49,302 nt of DNA from an uncultured Mycobacterium sp. (lineage in GTDB: Bacteria > Actinomycetota > Actinomycetes > Mycobacteriales > Mycobacteriaceae). This document shows, piece after piece, positions 30,056 to 39,561 of the stretch. The notes under the pieces were generated by a model, which worked only from the letters and a program-made list of their open reading frames with translations, was not told the origin of the DNA and made no database searches. A program made the translations under genes and the position numbers. The DNA lies in NCBI GenBank assembly GCA_964653535.1, contig CAZZHX010000001.1, forward strand, positions 1-49,302, read 5' to 3'. Each line of letters opens with the position of its first letter. Within the stretch, counting starts at the first letter, position 1.

Positions 30056-31030
30056 ATGGCCGACTATCAAGTCCCAGGTGACGACGGACAGCAGCCCGGG
30101 CAGCACGGCATGTACGAGCTGGGGTTTCCGGCGCCGACGTTGTCGGCCCCGGACGGCCGTGGACCGGTGTTGGTGCACGCCCTGCAGGGCTTCTCCGACG
30201 CCGGACACGCGCTACGCCTGGCCGCCACCCACCTCAAGGGCGCTCTGGACGCAGAGTTGGTCGCGTCCTTCGCCATCGACGAGTTGCTGGACTACCGCTC
30301 TCGGCGGCCGCTGATGACGTTCAAGAGCGACCACTTCACCCATTATGACGACCCGGAGCTGAGCCTCTACGCGATGCGCGACAGCGTCGGCACCCCGTTC
30401 CTGCTGCTGGCGGGGCTGGAACCGGACCTGCAGTGGGAGCGGTTCATCACCGCGGTCAGGCTTCTCGCCGAGCGACTCGGGGTGCGCCAGACCATCGGCC
30501 TGGGCACAGTCCCGATGGCGGTCCCGCACACACGCCCGATCACGATGACCGCCCACTCCAACAACCCAGATCTGATCGTCGACTTCACGCCCTGGATCGC
30601 CGAGATCCAGGTTCCCGGAAGCGCCTCCAATCTGCTGGAGTTCCGCATGGCCCAGCACGGGCACGAGGTCGTCGGCTTCACCGTGCACGTCCCGCATTAC
30701 CTCACGCAAACCGACTATCCCGCCGCCGCGCAGGCGCTGCTGGAGCAGGTGGCCAAAACGGGGTCACTGGACCTCCCGTTGACGGCGCTATCCACATCCG
30801 CCGGGGAGATCCGCAACCGGATCGACGAACAGGTCCAATCGAGCGCCGAGGTCGCTCAAGTGGTCGCCGCCCTTGAGCGTCAATACGATGCCTTCATCGA
30901 CGCTCAGGAGAACAGGTCGTTACTGGCTCGCGACGAGGACCTGCCGAGCGGCGACGAACTTGGTGCGGCGTTCGAAAAGTTTCTGGCCCAGCAGGGTGGG
31001 AAAAAGTTCGACGACGACGACAAGGGGTAA
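30056..31030 (+). CDS. PAC2-family protein (Rv2714-like)
   Basis: GFSDAG, LLDYRSRRP, EPDLQW, VPHTRP, HVPHYL, LERQYD; AAGGAGG SD. Confidence 0.9.
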   Translation: MADYQVPGDDGQQPGQHGMYELGFPAPTLSAPDGRGPVLVHALQGFSDAGHALRLAATHLKGALDAELVASFAIDELLDYRSRRPLMTFKSDHFTHYDDPELSLYAMRDSVGTPFLLLAGLEPDLQWERFITAVRLLAERLGVRQTIGLGTVPMAVPHTRPITMTAHSNNPDLIVDFTPWIAEIQVPGSASNLLEFRMAQHGHEVVGFTVHVPHYLTQTDYPAAAQALLEQVAKTGSLDLPLTALSTSAGEIRNRIDEQVQSSAEVAQVVAALERQYDAFIDAQENRSLLARDEDLPSGDELGAAFEKFLAQQGGKKFDDDDKG

Positions 31031-31043
31031 GTTTCGGCCGCGG

Positions 31044-31067
31044 CGCAGGCCCGTCGACGGGCCTGCG
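31044..31067. terminator. 24-bp perfect palindrome between convergent genes (probable bidirectional terminator)
   Basis: CGCAGGCCCGTC|GACGGGCCTGCG; no U-tract. Confidence 0.6.
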
Positions 31068-31068
31068 G

Positions 31069-31542
31069 TCAGGGCTTGCGGTGCAGCACCGCCGCGAGAT
31101 GGTCCTGCAGCGGTTGACCGACTGCCGCCATCCGCAGCGAATACGACAGTTCGTCGCCGTCGATGCGGAACGAACGGCTGAGCGCGGTGACCTCCTTGGC
31201 TGTCGGGGCCAGCCCGATCGCGGTGCTGGATAACTCCATGGAGATGCGTTCAGCGCCAACCGAATACGTGCCCACCTCGATCTCGGTGACGCCACTGGGG
31301 TGAGCTAAGACCAATTCGACGCGACCTGGTTGCGGCACGCGGAGATAGCCCGTCTCGGCGTGCATCGGTAGACCGTCGGCCACCCCCCTGGTTGTCTGCA
31401 TATAGACCAGGAACGGTTTGCCGACATGGGTGAACACCACGTCCTCGAAATAGTCGAACGGCTCGATCGTCGGGTAGGTGCCCGCTCCCCGACCGGTCCA
31501 GGCCCCCAGCAGTGGCGCCAGGTCCTTGATGTCCGGGTGCAT
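31069..31542 (-). CDS. Nitrobindin / FABP-like heme-binding beta-barrel (Rv2717c-like)
   Basis: LLGAWTGRGAGTYPT, GKPFL, HAETGYLR, C-terminal HL heme His. Confidence 0.88.
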   Translation of the reverse strand: MHPDIKDLAPLLGAWTGRGAGTYPTIEPFDYFEDVVFTHVGKPFLVYMQTTRGVADGLPMHAETGYLRVPQPGRVELVLAHPSGVTEIEVGTYSVGAERISMELSSTAIGLAPTAKEVTALSRSFRIDGDELSYSLRMAAVGQPLQDHLAAVLHRKP

Positions 31543-31544
31543 GG

Positions 31545-32009
31545 TCAGCCCGTCGTGGACACGTTGCGGTGTTCGCGCAGCGCCTGAATCTCGCGCTCAA
31601 AATCCTCCGCGGACGAAAACGAGCGGTACACCGATGCGAAGCGCAGGTAGGCGACTTCGTCCAACTCGCGCAGCGGCCCCAGGATGGCCAGACCGACCTC
31701 GTTGCTGGGGATCTCGGGCGAGCCGGCAGCGCGGACGGTGTCCTCCACCCGCTGGGCCAGGAGATTCAGGGCGTCGTCGTCGACATCCCGGCCTTGGCAC
31801 GCCCGGCGGACGCCGCTGATGACTTTTTCCCGGCTGAACGGCTCGGTGACACCGCTGCGCTTGACCACGGCCAGCACCGCAGATTCCACGGTGGTGAAAC
31901 GCCGCCCGCACTCGGGGCACGACCGGCGGCGGCGAATGGCCTGGCCTTCATCGGCCTCGCGCGAATCGATCACCCGGGAATCGGGATGACGACAGAACGG
32001 GCAGTGCAT
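31545..32009 (-). CDS. nrdR: Transcriptional repressor NrdR
   Basis: [22 protein letters not shown] zinc ribbon, ATP cone, AYLRFASVY. Confidence 0.97.
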   Translation of the reverse strand: MHCPFCRHPDSRVIDSREADEGQAIRRRRSCPECGRRFTTVESAVLAVVKRSGVTEPFSREKVISGVRRACQGRDVDDDALNLLAQRVEDTVRAAGSPEIPSNEVGLAILGPLRELDEVAYLRFASVYRSFSSAEDFEREIQALREHRNVSTTG

Positions 32010-32091
32010 GACCGCTCCTTCGTCGCACCGACAACCAGGCCCCGCAGGACTTGAGCCTACCTGCGCGCTCCGATGCAGGGCCAGCACTGGG

Positions 32092-32574
32092 TCAGCCGAC
32101 GGGTGCGATCAGGGTTTGACCCGCCGTCACCCCGGGCGACGGGAGTTCGTTGAGTTCGCGAATGCGATCCGCCACCTGCCGCGCGGGTGCATCCGGCGCC
32201 ACCCGGTGGGCGAGGTCCTGCAGGGACTCACCGCTCTCGACCCGGACGACGGCGAGCCGGTCGGGTACGCGGGCCGCCGATCGCGCAGGGGCGTCGTTCA
32301 GGGCCTGCCCGAAGTGGGCGACGAGACCCAGCCATACCGTGATCAGGCCCGCCACCACGGCCAATCCCACTGTGGTCGCCATCCTCACGGGCCGCATGTG
32401 ATGCGGCGCGGCCGACAGCGTGACACCGGTGCCGTAGTAGCGCGCCGGCGCGACCGCCGGGCGCGACGGGCCGGGCCTGCGAGACGGGCCGGGCCTACCA
32501 GACAGGCCGCGTGCCAGGCCGGGCCTCCCTGACAGGCCGCTCGACTGCGGCGCGAGCGTGTAAATGATGGTCAT
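32092..32574 (-). CDS. chiZ: LysM-domain membrane protein, DNA-damage-inducible division inhibitor ChiZ (Rv2719c-like)
   Basis: Basic disordered N-terminus, one TM helix, [21 protein letters not shown] LysM; divergent from lexA. Confidence 0.87.
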   Translation of the reverse strand: MTIIYTLAPQSSGLSGRPGLARGLSGRPGPSRRPGPSRPAVAPARYYGTGVTLSAAPHHMRPVRMATTVGLAVVAGLITVWLGLVAHFGQALNDAPARSAARVPDRLAVVRVESGESLQDLAHRVAPDAPARQVADRIRELNELPSPGVTAGQTLIAPVG

Positions 32575-32598
32575 GTTCGTTTCCTCCGGTCCGATCTA

Positions 32599-32654
32599 TC
32601 GCTCAGGTGTTCGACTATATCGCTCGCATGTTCGATAACCGAACATTTGAGCGA
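32599..32654. promoter_or_regulatory. Three degenerate SOS-like boxes (YCGAAC-N4-GAGCGA) in the chiZ leader
   Basis: TCGCTCAGGTGTTCGA (32599-32614), TCGCTCGCATGTTCGA (32620-32635), CCGAACATTTGAGCGA (32639-32654). Confidence 0.6.
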
Positions 32655-32674
32655 AGCGTGTCGTTCCGGTTCGA

Positions 32675-32697
32675 ACGTTAGCGCGAGGCACCGACAA
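32675..32697 (-). promoter_or_regulatory. RecA-NDp (PafBC-activated) promoter for chiZ
   Basis: Minus strand TTGTCGGTG-N8-TAACGT. Confidence 0.85.
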
Positions 32698-32735
32698 GTC
32701 CCCCCGGCGGCGGCGCGACGATCCCGACACGCGCG

Positions 32736-32751
32736 TCGAACACATGTTTGA
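32736..32751. promoter_or_regulatory. SOS box of lexA
   Basis: TCGAAC-ACAT-GTTTGA versus consensus TCGAAC-N4-GTTCGA. Confidence 0.9.
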
Positions 32752-32783
32752 TTTTCGATCAGACTCGGGTTACCGTCAGTGCC

Positions 32784-33455
32784 ATGAGCGACACCAAGGA
32801 AACAACATCCGCCGCAGCCCTGACCGAGCGTCAGCGCACCATTCTCAACGTGATCCGCACCTCGGTCACCAGCCGCGGCTACCCGCCGAGTATCCGGGAG
32901 ATCGGTGACGCCGTCGGCTTGACGTCAACGTCCTCGGTGGCGCACCAACTGCGCACCCTCGAACGCAAGGGCTACCTGCGCCGCGACCCGAACCGCCCAC
33001 GGGCCGTCGACGTCCGCGGCTCTGACGACGTTGTGCAGTCGGCGCCGGTCTCCGACGTTGCGGGGTCCGACGCCCTACCGGAGCCCACCTACGTCCCGGT
33101 TCTCGGACGGATCGCGGCCGGCGGACCGATCCTCGCCGAGCAAGCCGTCGAAGACGTGTTCCCGTTACCGCGAGAACTGGTCGGCGAGGGCACGCTGTTC
33201 ATGCTCAAGGTCGTCGGCGAATCGATGATCGAGGCCTCGATCTGCGACGGCGACTGGGTGGTCGTGCGGCAGCAGAGCGTGGCCGACAACGGCGATATCG
33301 TCGCGGCCATGATCGACGGCGAGGCCACTGTCAAGACGTTCAAGCGCGCGGGAGGGCAGGTGTGGCTGATGCCGCACAACCCGGCGTTCGACCCGATACC
33401 CGGCAACGAGGCGACCGTGCTCGGCAAGGTCGTCACGGTCATCCGCAAGGTCTAG
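32784..33455 (+). CDS. lexA: SOS repressor LexA
   Basis: [10 protein letters not shown] wHTH, IAAG Ala-Gly cleavage site, GESM catalytic Ser, ATVK catalytic Lys; TACCGT -10 7 nt before ATG 32784. Confidence 0.98.
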   Translation: MSDTKETTSAAALTERQRTILNVIRTSVTSRGYPPSIREIGDAVGLTSTSSVAHQLRTLERKGYLRRDPNRPRAVDVRGSDDVVQSAPVSDVAGSDALPEPTYVPVLGRIAAGGPILAEQAVEDVFPLPRELVGEGTLFMLKVVGESMIEASICDGDWVVVRQQSVADNGDIVAAMIDGEATVKTFKRAGGQVWLMPHNPAFDPIPGNEATVLGKVVTVIRKV

Positions 33456-33481
33456 CGCGCGCCCTGCGGGGTGGGGAGCTT

Positions 33482-35566
33482 TCAGTCTGCCTTGACGAAC
33501 CCGTTGGCCCGCGCGACGTCCTCGCTGGACAGCCATATTTCGGCGAGCGTGTCGTGGTACAGCACGCTGCCGGGCGTGTAATACAAACCGAAGGTCGCGT
33601 TGACCTTGATCGGATATCCGGCGGGCGCCTGGTACGGGTCGTCCAAAGGCAAGTGGATCGTGGGAAACCCGACCCCATTCAACCGAAGGCTTGAGGCGTC
33701 CGGCGCAGCGTGTCGCCCCGCCCGTGATTCGAACTCGGCCTCACCGGTCGCTGTCTCCGGATACCGCTCCTCCTCGAGTTCCTCGTACTCCTCGTACTCG
33801 TCGGTCTCGTCGCCGCCCACCCGGTACTCGGTCTCGTCGTCGCCGCCCACCCGGTACTCGGTCTCGTCGTCGCCGCCCACCCGGTAGCCGGTCTCGTCGT
33901 AGCCGGCCGCCGTGAGTCGCTCCCTCGACGCGACGGGGATGGAATCGGTGTCCACCGCGTCAGAGTCGTCCTGGTAGGCGCCTATCTCGGCAGGCGGTGC
34001 CTCTACCTCACCCGTGGCGCGGGCCGCGGCCCTGCGTCGCCAGCCGAATCGGGACGCGGGCCGATCGTCCGCGATGACGTCCACCTCGCCCTGCCCGGCT
34101 TCCGAAGCCTCGAAGGCCTCCAAGGCCTCCGCACGGACGTCCTCAGACCCCCAGCGACGGTCCGGGTCAAAGTCGTAGCCGGAGTCTTCGTCGCGCGCGG
34201 ACGGGAACTCCAAGGCCCGACGACCTGAGCGACGGCGGCGCACATTGGGGACTGCCACCGCAGCCAGAATGATCAGGCCCAGCGCACCGGCCAGTAACCA
34301 CCACCAGTGCCAGTGGATCTTCTTGTGGTGGGACACCGCCACACCGCTCGCCTGGCTCTGCCCCGGCACCTGCAGACCCGATAGCAGCGGCGCCAGATTG
34401 GCAGGCTCGGTGCTGAACGTGTTCTTCGCCCGATCCCAGGAGATCGTGCCGCCCGTGAACTGCTGCGAGACCACATCACCGTCGACGGCCTGATCACCGA
34501 GCGGCGCGCCCAGCTTGCCGGATGGAGCGCTCAGTTTGTCCCACGCCGCCTTCATGGCGCCACGCACGACGAATGCCCCGTGGTCAGCGGTCCAGACGAT
34601 CACCGGCTTGTCGGTGGCGGAGAACGCACAGACGCGGCTCGAGGAGCCGACGCCGGCGTCGGACTCGTTGGTCACCGGGAAACCCAAGTCGCTGCCGACC
34701 GGTCCACCCAACGACTCGTATTTGGCCAGGATGTCGCTCTCGACGGCACTCGCCCCCGTGGCCGGGCTGAAGAACACCTTTCCGCCGGCGAAGTTCTGGA
34801 CGATACCGTCGCCGCCGATCGAGTACTGACCACCCTGTTTGGCACCCAGCGGACCCTTGAGCCCCCCAGCCGCGCGCCAGGCCGTATTGATGGCCGCGCT
34901 GGACTCGATCGTCACCTGCAGGCCCTTGAGCTGGTCGGCCAGGGTCTCGGGGTCGGTCGAAAATTCCTTGGTCTGCCTGTTCCAGGAGACCTGGCCGCCG
35001 CTGAACTTCTGCGTGGTGACCTCGCCGTCGTAGGTCTCGTCCGCGACGGGAACGCCCAAGACTCCGCCCGAGCTGCCAAGTTTGTCCCAGGCGGCGTTCA
35101 TCGCGCCCCGCACGACGAAGGCGCCGTGGCTGGAGGTCCAGAAGATCACCGGCTTGTCGCCCGCCGAGAAGGTGGCCACCCGGCTGTCCGGGCCCGCCAG
35201 ACCAGGCACCTCGTTGATGGCGGGGAACCCCAGGTCGCTGTCGGCCGGGCCGCCCAGCGACTCGTACTTCTCCCAGACCGGCCCGTACACGAACTTGGCG
35301 CCGGTGTCGGAGGTGTAGTACATCTTCCCGCTGTCGAATTCCAGCGCGAACCCGTCGCCGACGGGGTAGACGTCACCCTTCCTGGCGCCGAGCGGCGACG
35401 TGTCGCCACCGGCCTTCGTCCACGCAGCCATGATGGCCGCCTCCGCGTCGCCGATCGGGGACGCGGACGCTGCGGGCGCCAGCAGTCCGACGACGACCGC
35501 GGTCGTCGCCATGGCGGCCAGCGCAGTTCCGAGGAACGTGCGCGCGCGACCTTTATGCCGGTTCAC
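33482..35566 (-). CDS. Secreted/membrane LGFP-repeat protein (Rv2721c-like)
   Basis: Signal peptide, repeated SLGGP.SDLGFP units, TM helix after HWHWWW, acidic tail ending in the YPIK..LYYTP..AEIW domain. Confidence 0.88.
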   Translation of the reverse strand: MNRHKGRARTFLGTALAAMATTAVVVGLLAPAASASPIGDAEAAIMAAWTKAGGDTSPLGARKGDVYPVGDGFALEFDSGKMYYTSDTGAKFVYGPVWEKYESLGGPADSDLGFPAINEVPGLAGPDSRVATFSAGDKPVIFWTSSHGAFVVRGAMNAAWDKLGSSGGVLGVPVADETYDGEVTTQKFSGGQVSWNRQTKEFSTDPETLADQLKGLQVTIESSAAINTAWRAAGGLKGPLGAKQGGQYSIGGDGIVQNFAGGKVFFSPATGASAVESDILAKYESLGGPVGSDLGFPVTNESDAGVGSSSRVCAFSATDKPVIVWTADHGAFVVRGAMKAAWDKLSAPSGKLGAPLGDQAVDGDVVSQQFTGGTISWDRAKNTFSTEPANLAPLLSGLQVPGQSQASGVAVSHHKKIHWHWWWLLAGALGLIILAAVAVPNVRRRRSGRRALEFPSARDEDSGYDFDPDRRWGSEDVRAEALEAFEASEAGQGEVDVIADDRPASRFGWRRRAAARATGEVEAPPAEIGAYQDDSDAVDTDSIPVASRERLTAAGYDETGYRVGGDDETEYRVGGDDETEYRVGGDETDEYEEYEELEEERYPETATGEAEFESRAGRHAAPDASSLRLNGVGFPTIHLPLDDPYQAPAGYPIKVNATFGLYYTPGSVLYHDTLAEIWLSSEDVARANGFVKAD
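33811..33900 (-). repeat. In-frame 30-bp tandem repeat x3 (YRVGGDDETE)
   Basis: cgccgcccacccggtactcggtctcgtcgt x3; the third copy has 2 mismatches. Confidence 0.92.
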
Positions 35567-35945
35567 TCAGCCTCCCAGCCGACGGGTGCAGCCCGATTGT
35601 TCGGGCACGCCTGTACCGCACCGCCCAGTGGGCGGCCGCTCCGGCGCCAACGAGCAACCTTCTTGATCCGCTTTATCGCGCCGAGCCCTCATATCGTTAC
35701 GCCAGCCGAAGGCGAATGCGAAGTGGAATTGTCAATCTTGCGAAAACAGATGCCGCTTTGATGCCGAAATGATGCGGGCCGTCCGCGGTATCGCAGCCCC
35801 ACGACCGGCCGGTCGCCGGCGCAGCACGGCGAGAAAACATCATCGGGACATGCGGTTGGCACCATTCGACGGTACCCGATGACCATTGCTGGACAGTAAT
35901 TAGCCCACTACCACAAATGGTGCGGACTCGGGAGGTTGTGCGCGG

Positions 35946-37106
35946 TCAGACCCCGAGGCTGCGGCCGATGATCTCCTTCATGATCTCGGTGGTGCCGCCG
36001 TAAATCGTCTGCACCCGCGCGTCAAGATATGCGCGGGCGATGGGGTATTCGCGCATGTAGCCATAGCCGCCGTGCAATTGCAGGCAGCGGTCGATCAGGT
36101 ATACCTGCTTTTCCGTGCAGAACCACTTCGCCATTGCCGCCTGTTCGGCGGTCAGCTTGTGCTGCAGGTGCAGGCGGACGAACTCGTCGACCATCATGCG
36201 GACCAGAGTGGCGTCGGTGGCCAGCTCGGCGAGCAGGAAACGGCTGTTCTGGAAACTGCCGATCGTCTTGCCGAAGGCTTTGCGTTCCCCGACGTACTTC
36301 AGCGTCTGTTCGAGCGCGCTCTCCATCGCCGCGGCCGCCATGATGGCGATCGAGATGCGCTCCTGCGGCAGGTTCTGCATGAGGTAGATGAAGCCCATGC
36401 CTTCCTCGCCCAGCAGGTTTTCGGCGGGAACCTTGACATCGGTGAACGACAACTCGGCCGTGTCCTGGGCGTCCATCCCCACTTTGTCCAGGTGGCGGCC
36501 GCGTTCGAAGCCCTCCATGCCGCGCTCGACAGCCAGCAGCGAGAAGCCCTGCGCACCCTTGTCGGGGTTGGTCTGCGCGACGACGATCACCAGGTCGGAG
36601 TTGATTCCGTTGGTGATGAACGTCTTTGACCCATTGAGCACGTAGTGATCGCCCTGCCGGACCGCGCGGGTCTTGATGCCCTGCAGGTCGCTGCCCGTTC
36701 CCGGCTCGGTCATGGCGATGGCGGTGATCATTTCGCCGGTGCAGAACTGGGGCAGCCAGCGCTGCTTCTGCTCTTCGGTGGTCAGATCCAGCAGATAGGG
36801 CGCAACGACGTCGTTGTGCAGGCTGAAGCCGATGCCGGTGTAACGACCGGCGCTGGTCTCCTCGTTGACGATCGTGTTGTAGAGGAAGTCCGGGTTGCCT
36901 CCGCCGCCGTACTCCTCGGGCACCGCCATACCCAGAAAGCCCTGCTTGCCGGCCTCGAGCCAGATACCGCGATCGACGATCTTGGCCTTCTCCCATTCGT
37001 CATGATGGGGCGCGACGTGCCGGTCGAGGAAGGCCCGGTAGGACTCGCGGAACAAGTCGTGCTCGGGCTCGAACAGGGTGCGCTCGTACTTAATGGCGGC
37101 GTTCAT
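35946..37106 (-). CDS. fadE20: Acyl-CoA dehydrogenase (FadE20-like, LCAD type)
   Basis: AIAMTEPGTGSD, GSKTFITNG, LPQER, QLHGGYGY, IYGGTTEI; synteny with hflX. Confidence 0.87.
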   Translation of the reverse strand: MNAAIKYERTLFEPEHDLFRESYRAFLDRHVAPHHDEWEKAKIVDRGIWLEAGKQGFLGMAVPEEYGGGGNPDFLYNTIVNEETSAGRYTGIGFSLHNDVVAPYLLDLTTEEQKQRWLPQFCTGEMITAIAMTEPGTGSDLQGIKTRAVRQGDHYVLNGSKTFITNGINSDLVIVVAQTNPDKGAQGFSLLAVERGMEGFERGRHLDKVGMDAQDTAELSFTDVKVPAENLLGEEGMGFIYLMQNLPQERISIAIMAAAAMESALEQTLKYVGERKAFGKTIGSFQNSRFLLAELATDATLVRMMVDEFVRLHLQHKLTAEQAAMAKWFCTEKQVYLIDRCLQLHGGYGYMREYPIARAYLDARVQTIYGGTTEIMKEIIGRSLGV

Positions 37107-37143
37107 GGAATGACCTCCGGTGAAGGGCGGAATTCTGTCAATG

Positions 37144-37168
37144 ACGATATACCAACCAGCCGGTTGGT
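37144..37168 (-). promoter_or_regulatory. fadE20 -10 element with adjacent inverted-repeat operator
   Basis: TATCGT on the minus strand (37149-37144); ACCAACC-AGCC-GGTTGGT (37151-37168). Confidence 0.6.
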
Positions 37169-37178
37169 GGACGGTCGC

Positions 37179-38594
37179 TCAGTGCGCGGCGAATTCCCTC
37201 AGTTTGTTGGCGAGCGCCATCGGAACCCGCGCCGTGATCCGGGTTCCGTCGGCGCTGTGCTCCTCCTGTTGCACCACCCCGTCGGCGTGCACCCGCGCCA
37301 CCAGGTCGCCGCGGTGGTAGGGGATCAACACGTCCACGGCGGCATCGCAGGGCGCCACGAGCTCGCCGATCCGCCGCCGCAGCGCGTCGATACCGCCGCC
37401 GGTGCGCGCGGAGACGAAAACCGCCCCGGGCAGGGCGTGGCGAAGCTGAGCCAGGGCCAGGCCGCCCGCGGCGTCGATCTTGTTCACCACCAGCAGCTCG
37501 GGCGGTGGGTCACCGTGGTGGTCGGCGAGCACGTCGGACACCACCCGACGGACCGCGCTGATCTGTGCCAGCGGGTTGACGTCGGCGCCGTCGACCACGT
37601 GGACCAGAAGATCGGCATCCACCACCTCCTCCAGTGTGGAGCGGAACGCCTCGACCAGCTGAGTGGGCAGGTGCCGGACGAAGCCGACGGTGTCGGTGAG
37701 GAAGAAGGGGCCCGACCTGCCCGCATCGGGGCAGAACTCCGCACGCCTGGTGGTGGGCTCCAACGTGGCGAACAGGGCGTCCTCCACCAGGACTCCCGCC
37801 CCGGTCAGCGCGTTGAGCAGGCTGGATTTGCCGGCGTTGGTGTAGCCGACGATCGCCACCGAGGGCGCGTCGCTGCCGCGGCGGCGGCTGCGCTGGGTGT
37901 CGCGGACCCGCTTCATGTCCTTGATGTCGCGGCGCAACCGGGACATCCGTTCGCGGATGCGGCGCCGGTCGGTCTCGATCTTCGTCTCACCGGGACCGCG
38001 CAGACCCACTCCCCCGCCGCTGCCGCCCGCGCGACCGCCGGCCTGCCGGGACATCGACTCACCCCAGCCCCGCAGCCGCGGCAGCATGTACTCCATCTGG
38101 GCCAGCGACACCTGCGCCTTGCCCTCCCGGCTGGTGGCGTGCTGGGCGAAGATATCCAGGATCAGCGCCGTGCGGTCGATGACCTTCACCTTGACGGCCC
38201 GCTCCAGCGCGGTGAGCTGGGCCGGGGACAGCTCGCCGTCGCAGATCACGGTGTCGGCGCCGGTCGCCAGCACCACCTCGCGCAGCTCCTGAGCCTTGCC
38301 CGAACCGATGTAGGTGGAGGTGTCGGGTTTGTCGCGCCGCTGGATGAGCGCGTCGAGCACCTGGGATCCGGCGGTTTCGGCCAGCGCCGCCAACTCCGCC
38401 ATGCTGGCCTCGCTGTCGGCGGCGGTACCGTCGGTCCACACGCCCACCAGCACAACCCGCTCCAGTCGCAGCTGCCGGTATTCGACTTCGGAGACGTCGG
38501 TGAGTTCGGTGGACAGGCCGGCGACGCGGCGCAGCGCGGCTCGGTCGTCGAGGGCGAGTTCGCCGGTGCTGGGGTGCGTCTCGGGGTATGTCAT
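37179..38594 (-). CDS. hflX: Ribosome-splitting GTPase HflX
   Basis: GLRGPGETKIE, GYTNAGKS (G1), LFATL, DTVGF (G3), NKID (G4). Confidence 0.96.
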   Translation of the reverse strand: MTYPETHPSTGELALDDRAALRRVAGLSTELTDVSEVEYRQLRLERVVLVGVWTDGTAADSEASMAELAALAETAGSQVLDALIQRRDKPDTSTYIGSGKAQELREVVLATGADTVICDGELSPAQLTALERAVKVKVIDRTALILDIFAQHATSREGKAQVSLAQMEYMLPRLRGWGESMSRQAGGRAGGSGGGVGLRGPGETKIETDRRRIRERMSRLRRDIKDMKRVRDTQRSRRRGSDAPSVAIVGYTNAGKSSLLNALTGAGVLVEDALFATLEPTTRRAEFCPDAGRSGPFFLTDTVGFVRHLPTQLVEAFRSTLEEVVDADLLVHVVDGADVNPLAQISAVRRVVSDVLADHHGDPPPELLVVNKIDAAGGLALAQLRHALPGAVFVSARTGGGIDALRRRIGELVAPCDAAVDVLIPYHRGDLVARVHADGVVQQEEHSADGTRITARVPMALANKLREFAAH

Positions 38595-38646
38595 AGGTAT
38601 TGGGCCATGATGCACGCTGCATCGGCGCCGTGCGAGCGATTCACCG

Positions 38647-39537
38647 TTACTGCGCCCGACACCATTCCCCGCTGACCTCTCCGTGGGCCACGAGCACCGA
38701 AGGCCCCCGCAGGTAGCTGGTGGCCTCGGTGACCGTGACGACGACGTCGCCGCCGGGAACCCGCACCGTGAGGGTCCCGGTGTTCGAGCCCTTAGTTGGG
38801 CCCAGCCCCGCTAGCGCAGCCACCGCGGCGGCCACGGTTCCCGTTCCGCAGGAACGGGTTTCGCCGACGCCGCGCTCGTGGACGCGCATCCGGATCGCTC
38901 CGTCAACCGGTGCCGTGAGGACTTCGACGTTGACCCCGTCCGGGAATTGGTCGTGGTCGTAGGCCACCGGCGCCGCCACGTCCAGGGCCGCCAGCGTCCC
39001 GGCGGTCAGATCGCGATCCATGCACGCCAGGTGGGGATTGCCGACATCCACTGCCAGCCCCGCGAACCGCCGGCCGCCGACCGTCGCCGCAAAGGCCGGT
39101 CCCCCGCTCCCGAGAGCGGTGGCCTTGCCCATGTCGACGGTGACGTCGGCGCAAGTGGCGTCGGCGCGGTGGATGGTGACCGGCCGGGGGCCCGCCAGCG
39201 ATCCCACCACGAAGTGGTCGCGGGTCTCCAGGCCGCTGGCGCGCAGGTAGTGCGCGAAGACGCGGACCCCGTTGCCGCACATCTGCGCGGTCGAGCCGTC
39301 GGCGTTGCGGTAGTCCATGAACCAGTCGCCCGCGCTCACGCCGTCGGGCAGGCGGTCGAACACCCCGGCCGCCAGGGCGGCGCCCGCGGTAGTGACGCGC
39401 AACACCCCGTCGGCGCCCAGGCCGCGCCGCCGGTCGCACAGGGCGGCCATCAGCGCCGGGCGCAGCCGCAGCCCGGCGTCGAGGTCGGGCAGCAGCACGA
39501 AGTCATTCTGGGTGCCGTGACCCTTGGCGAAGATCAC
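38647..39537 (-). CDS. dapF: Diaminopimelate epimerase
   Basis: [32 protein letters not shown]. Confidence 0.97.
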   Translation of the reverse strand: MIFAKGHGTQNDFVLLPDLDAGLRLRPALMAALCDRRRGLGADGVLRVTTAGAALAAGVFDRLPDGVSAGDWFMDYRNADGSTAQMCGNGVRVFAHYLRASGLETRDHFVVGSLAGPRPVTIHRADATCADVTVDMGKATALGSGGPAFAATVGGRRFAGLAVDVGNPHLACMDRDLTAGTLAALDVAAPVAYDHDQFPDGVNVEVLTAPVDGAIRMRVHERGVGETRSCGTGTVAAAVAALAGLGPTKGSNTGTLTVRVPGGDVVVTVTEATSYLRGPSVLVAHGEVSGEWCRAQ

Positions 39538-39561
39538 GCGCGCCGCTTGGGAATCACCCGT

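Noticed and set aside
35730-35735. TTGACA on the minus strand as the LGFP gene -35
   Set aside because: No TANNNT at 16-19 nt spacing.
35689-35886. 65-aa ORF, or a yybP-ykoY riboswitch remnant, in the intergenic gap
   Set aside because: No SD, codon bias or motif; no GGGGAGTA-type riboswitch core found on either strand.
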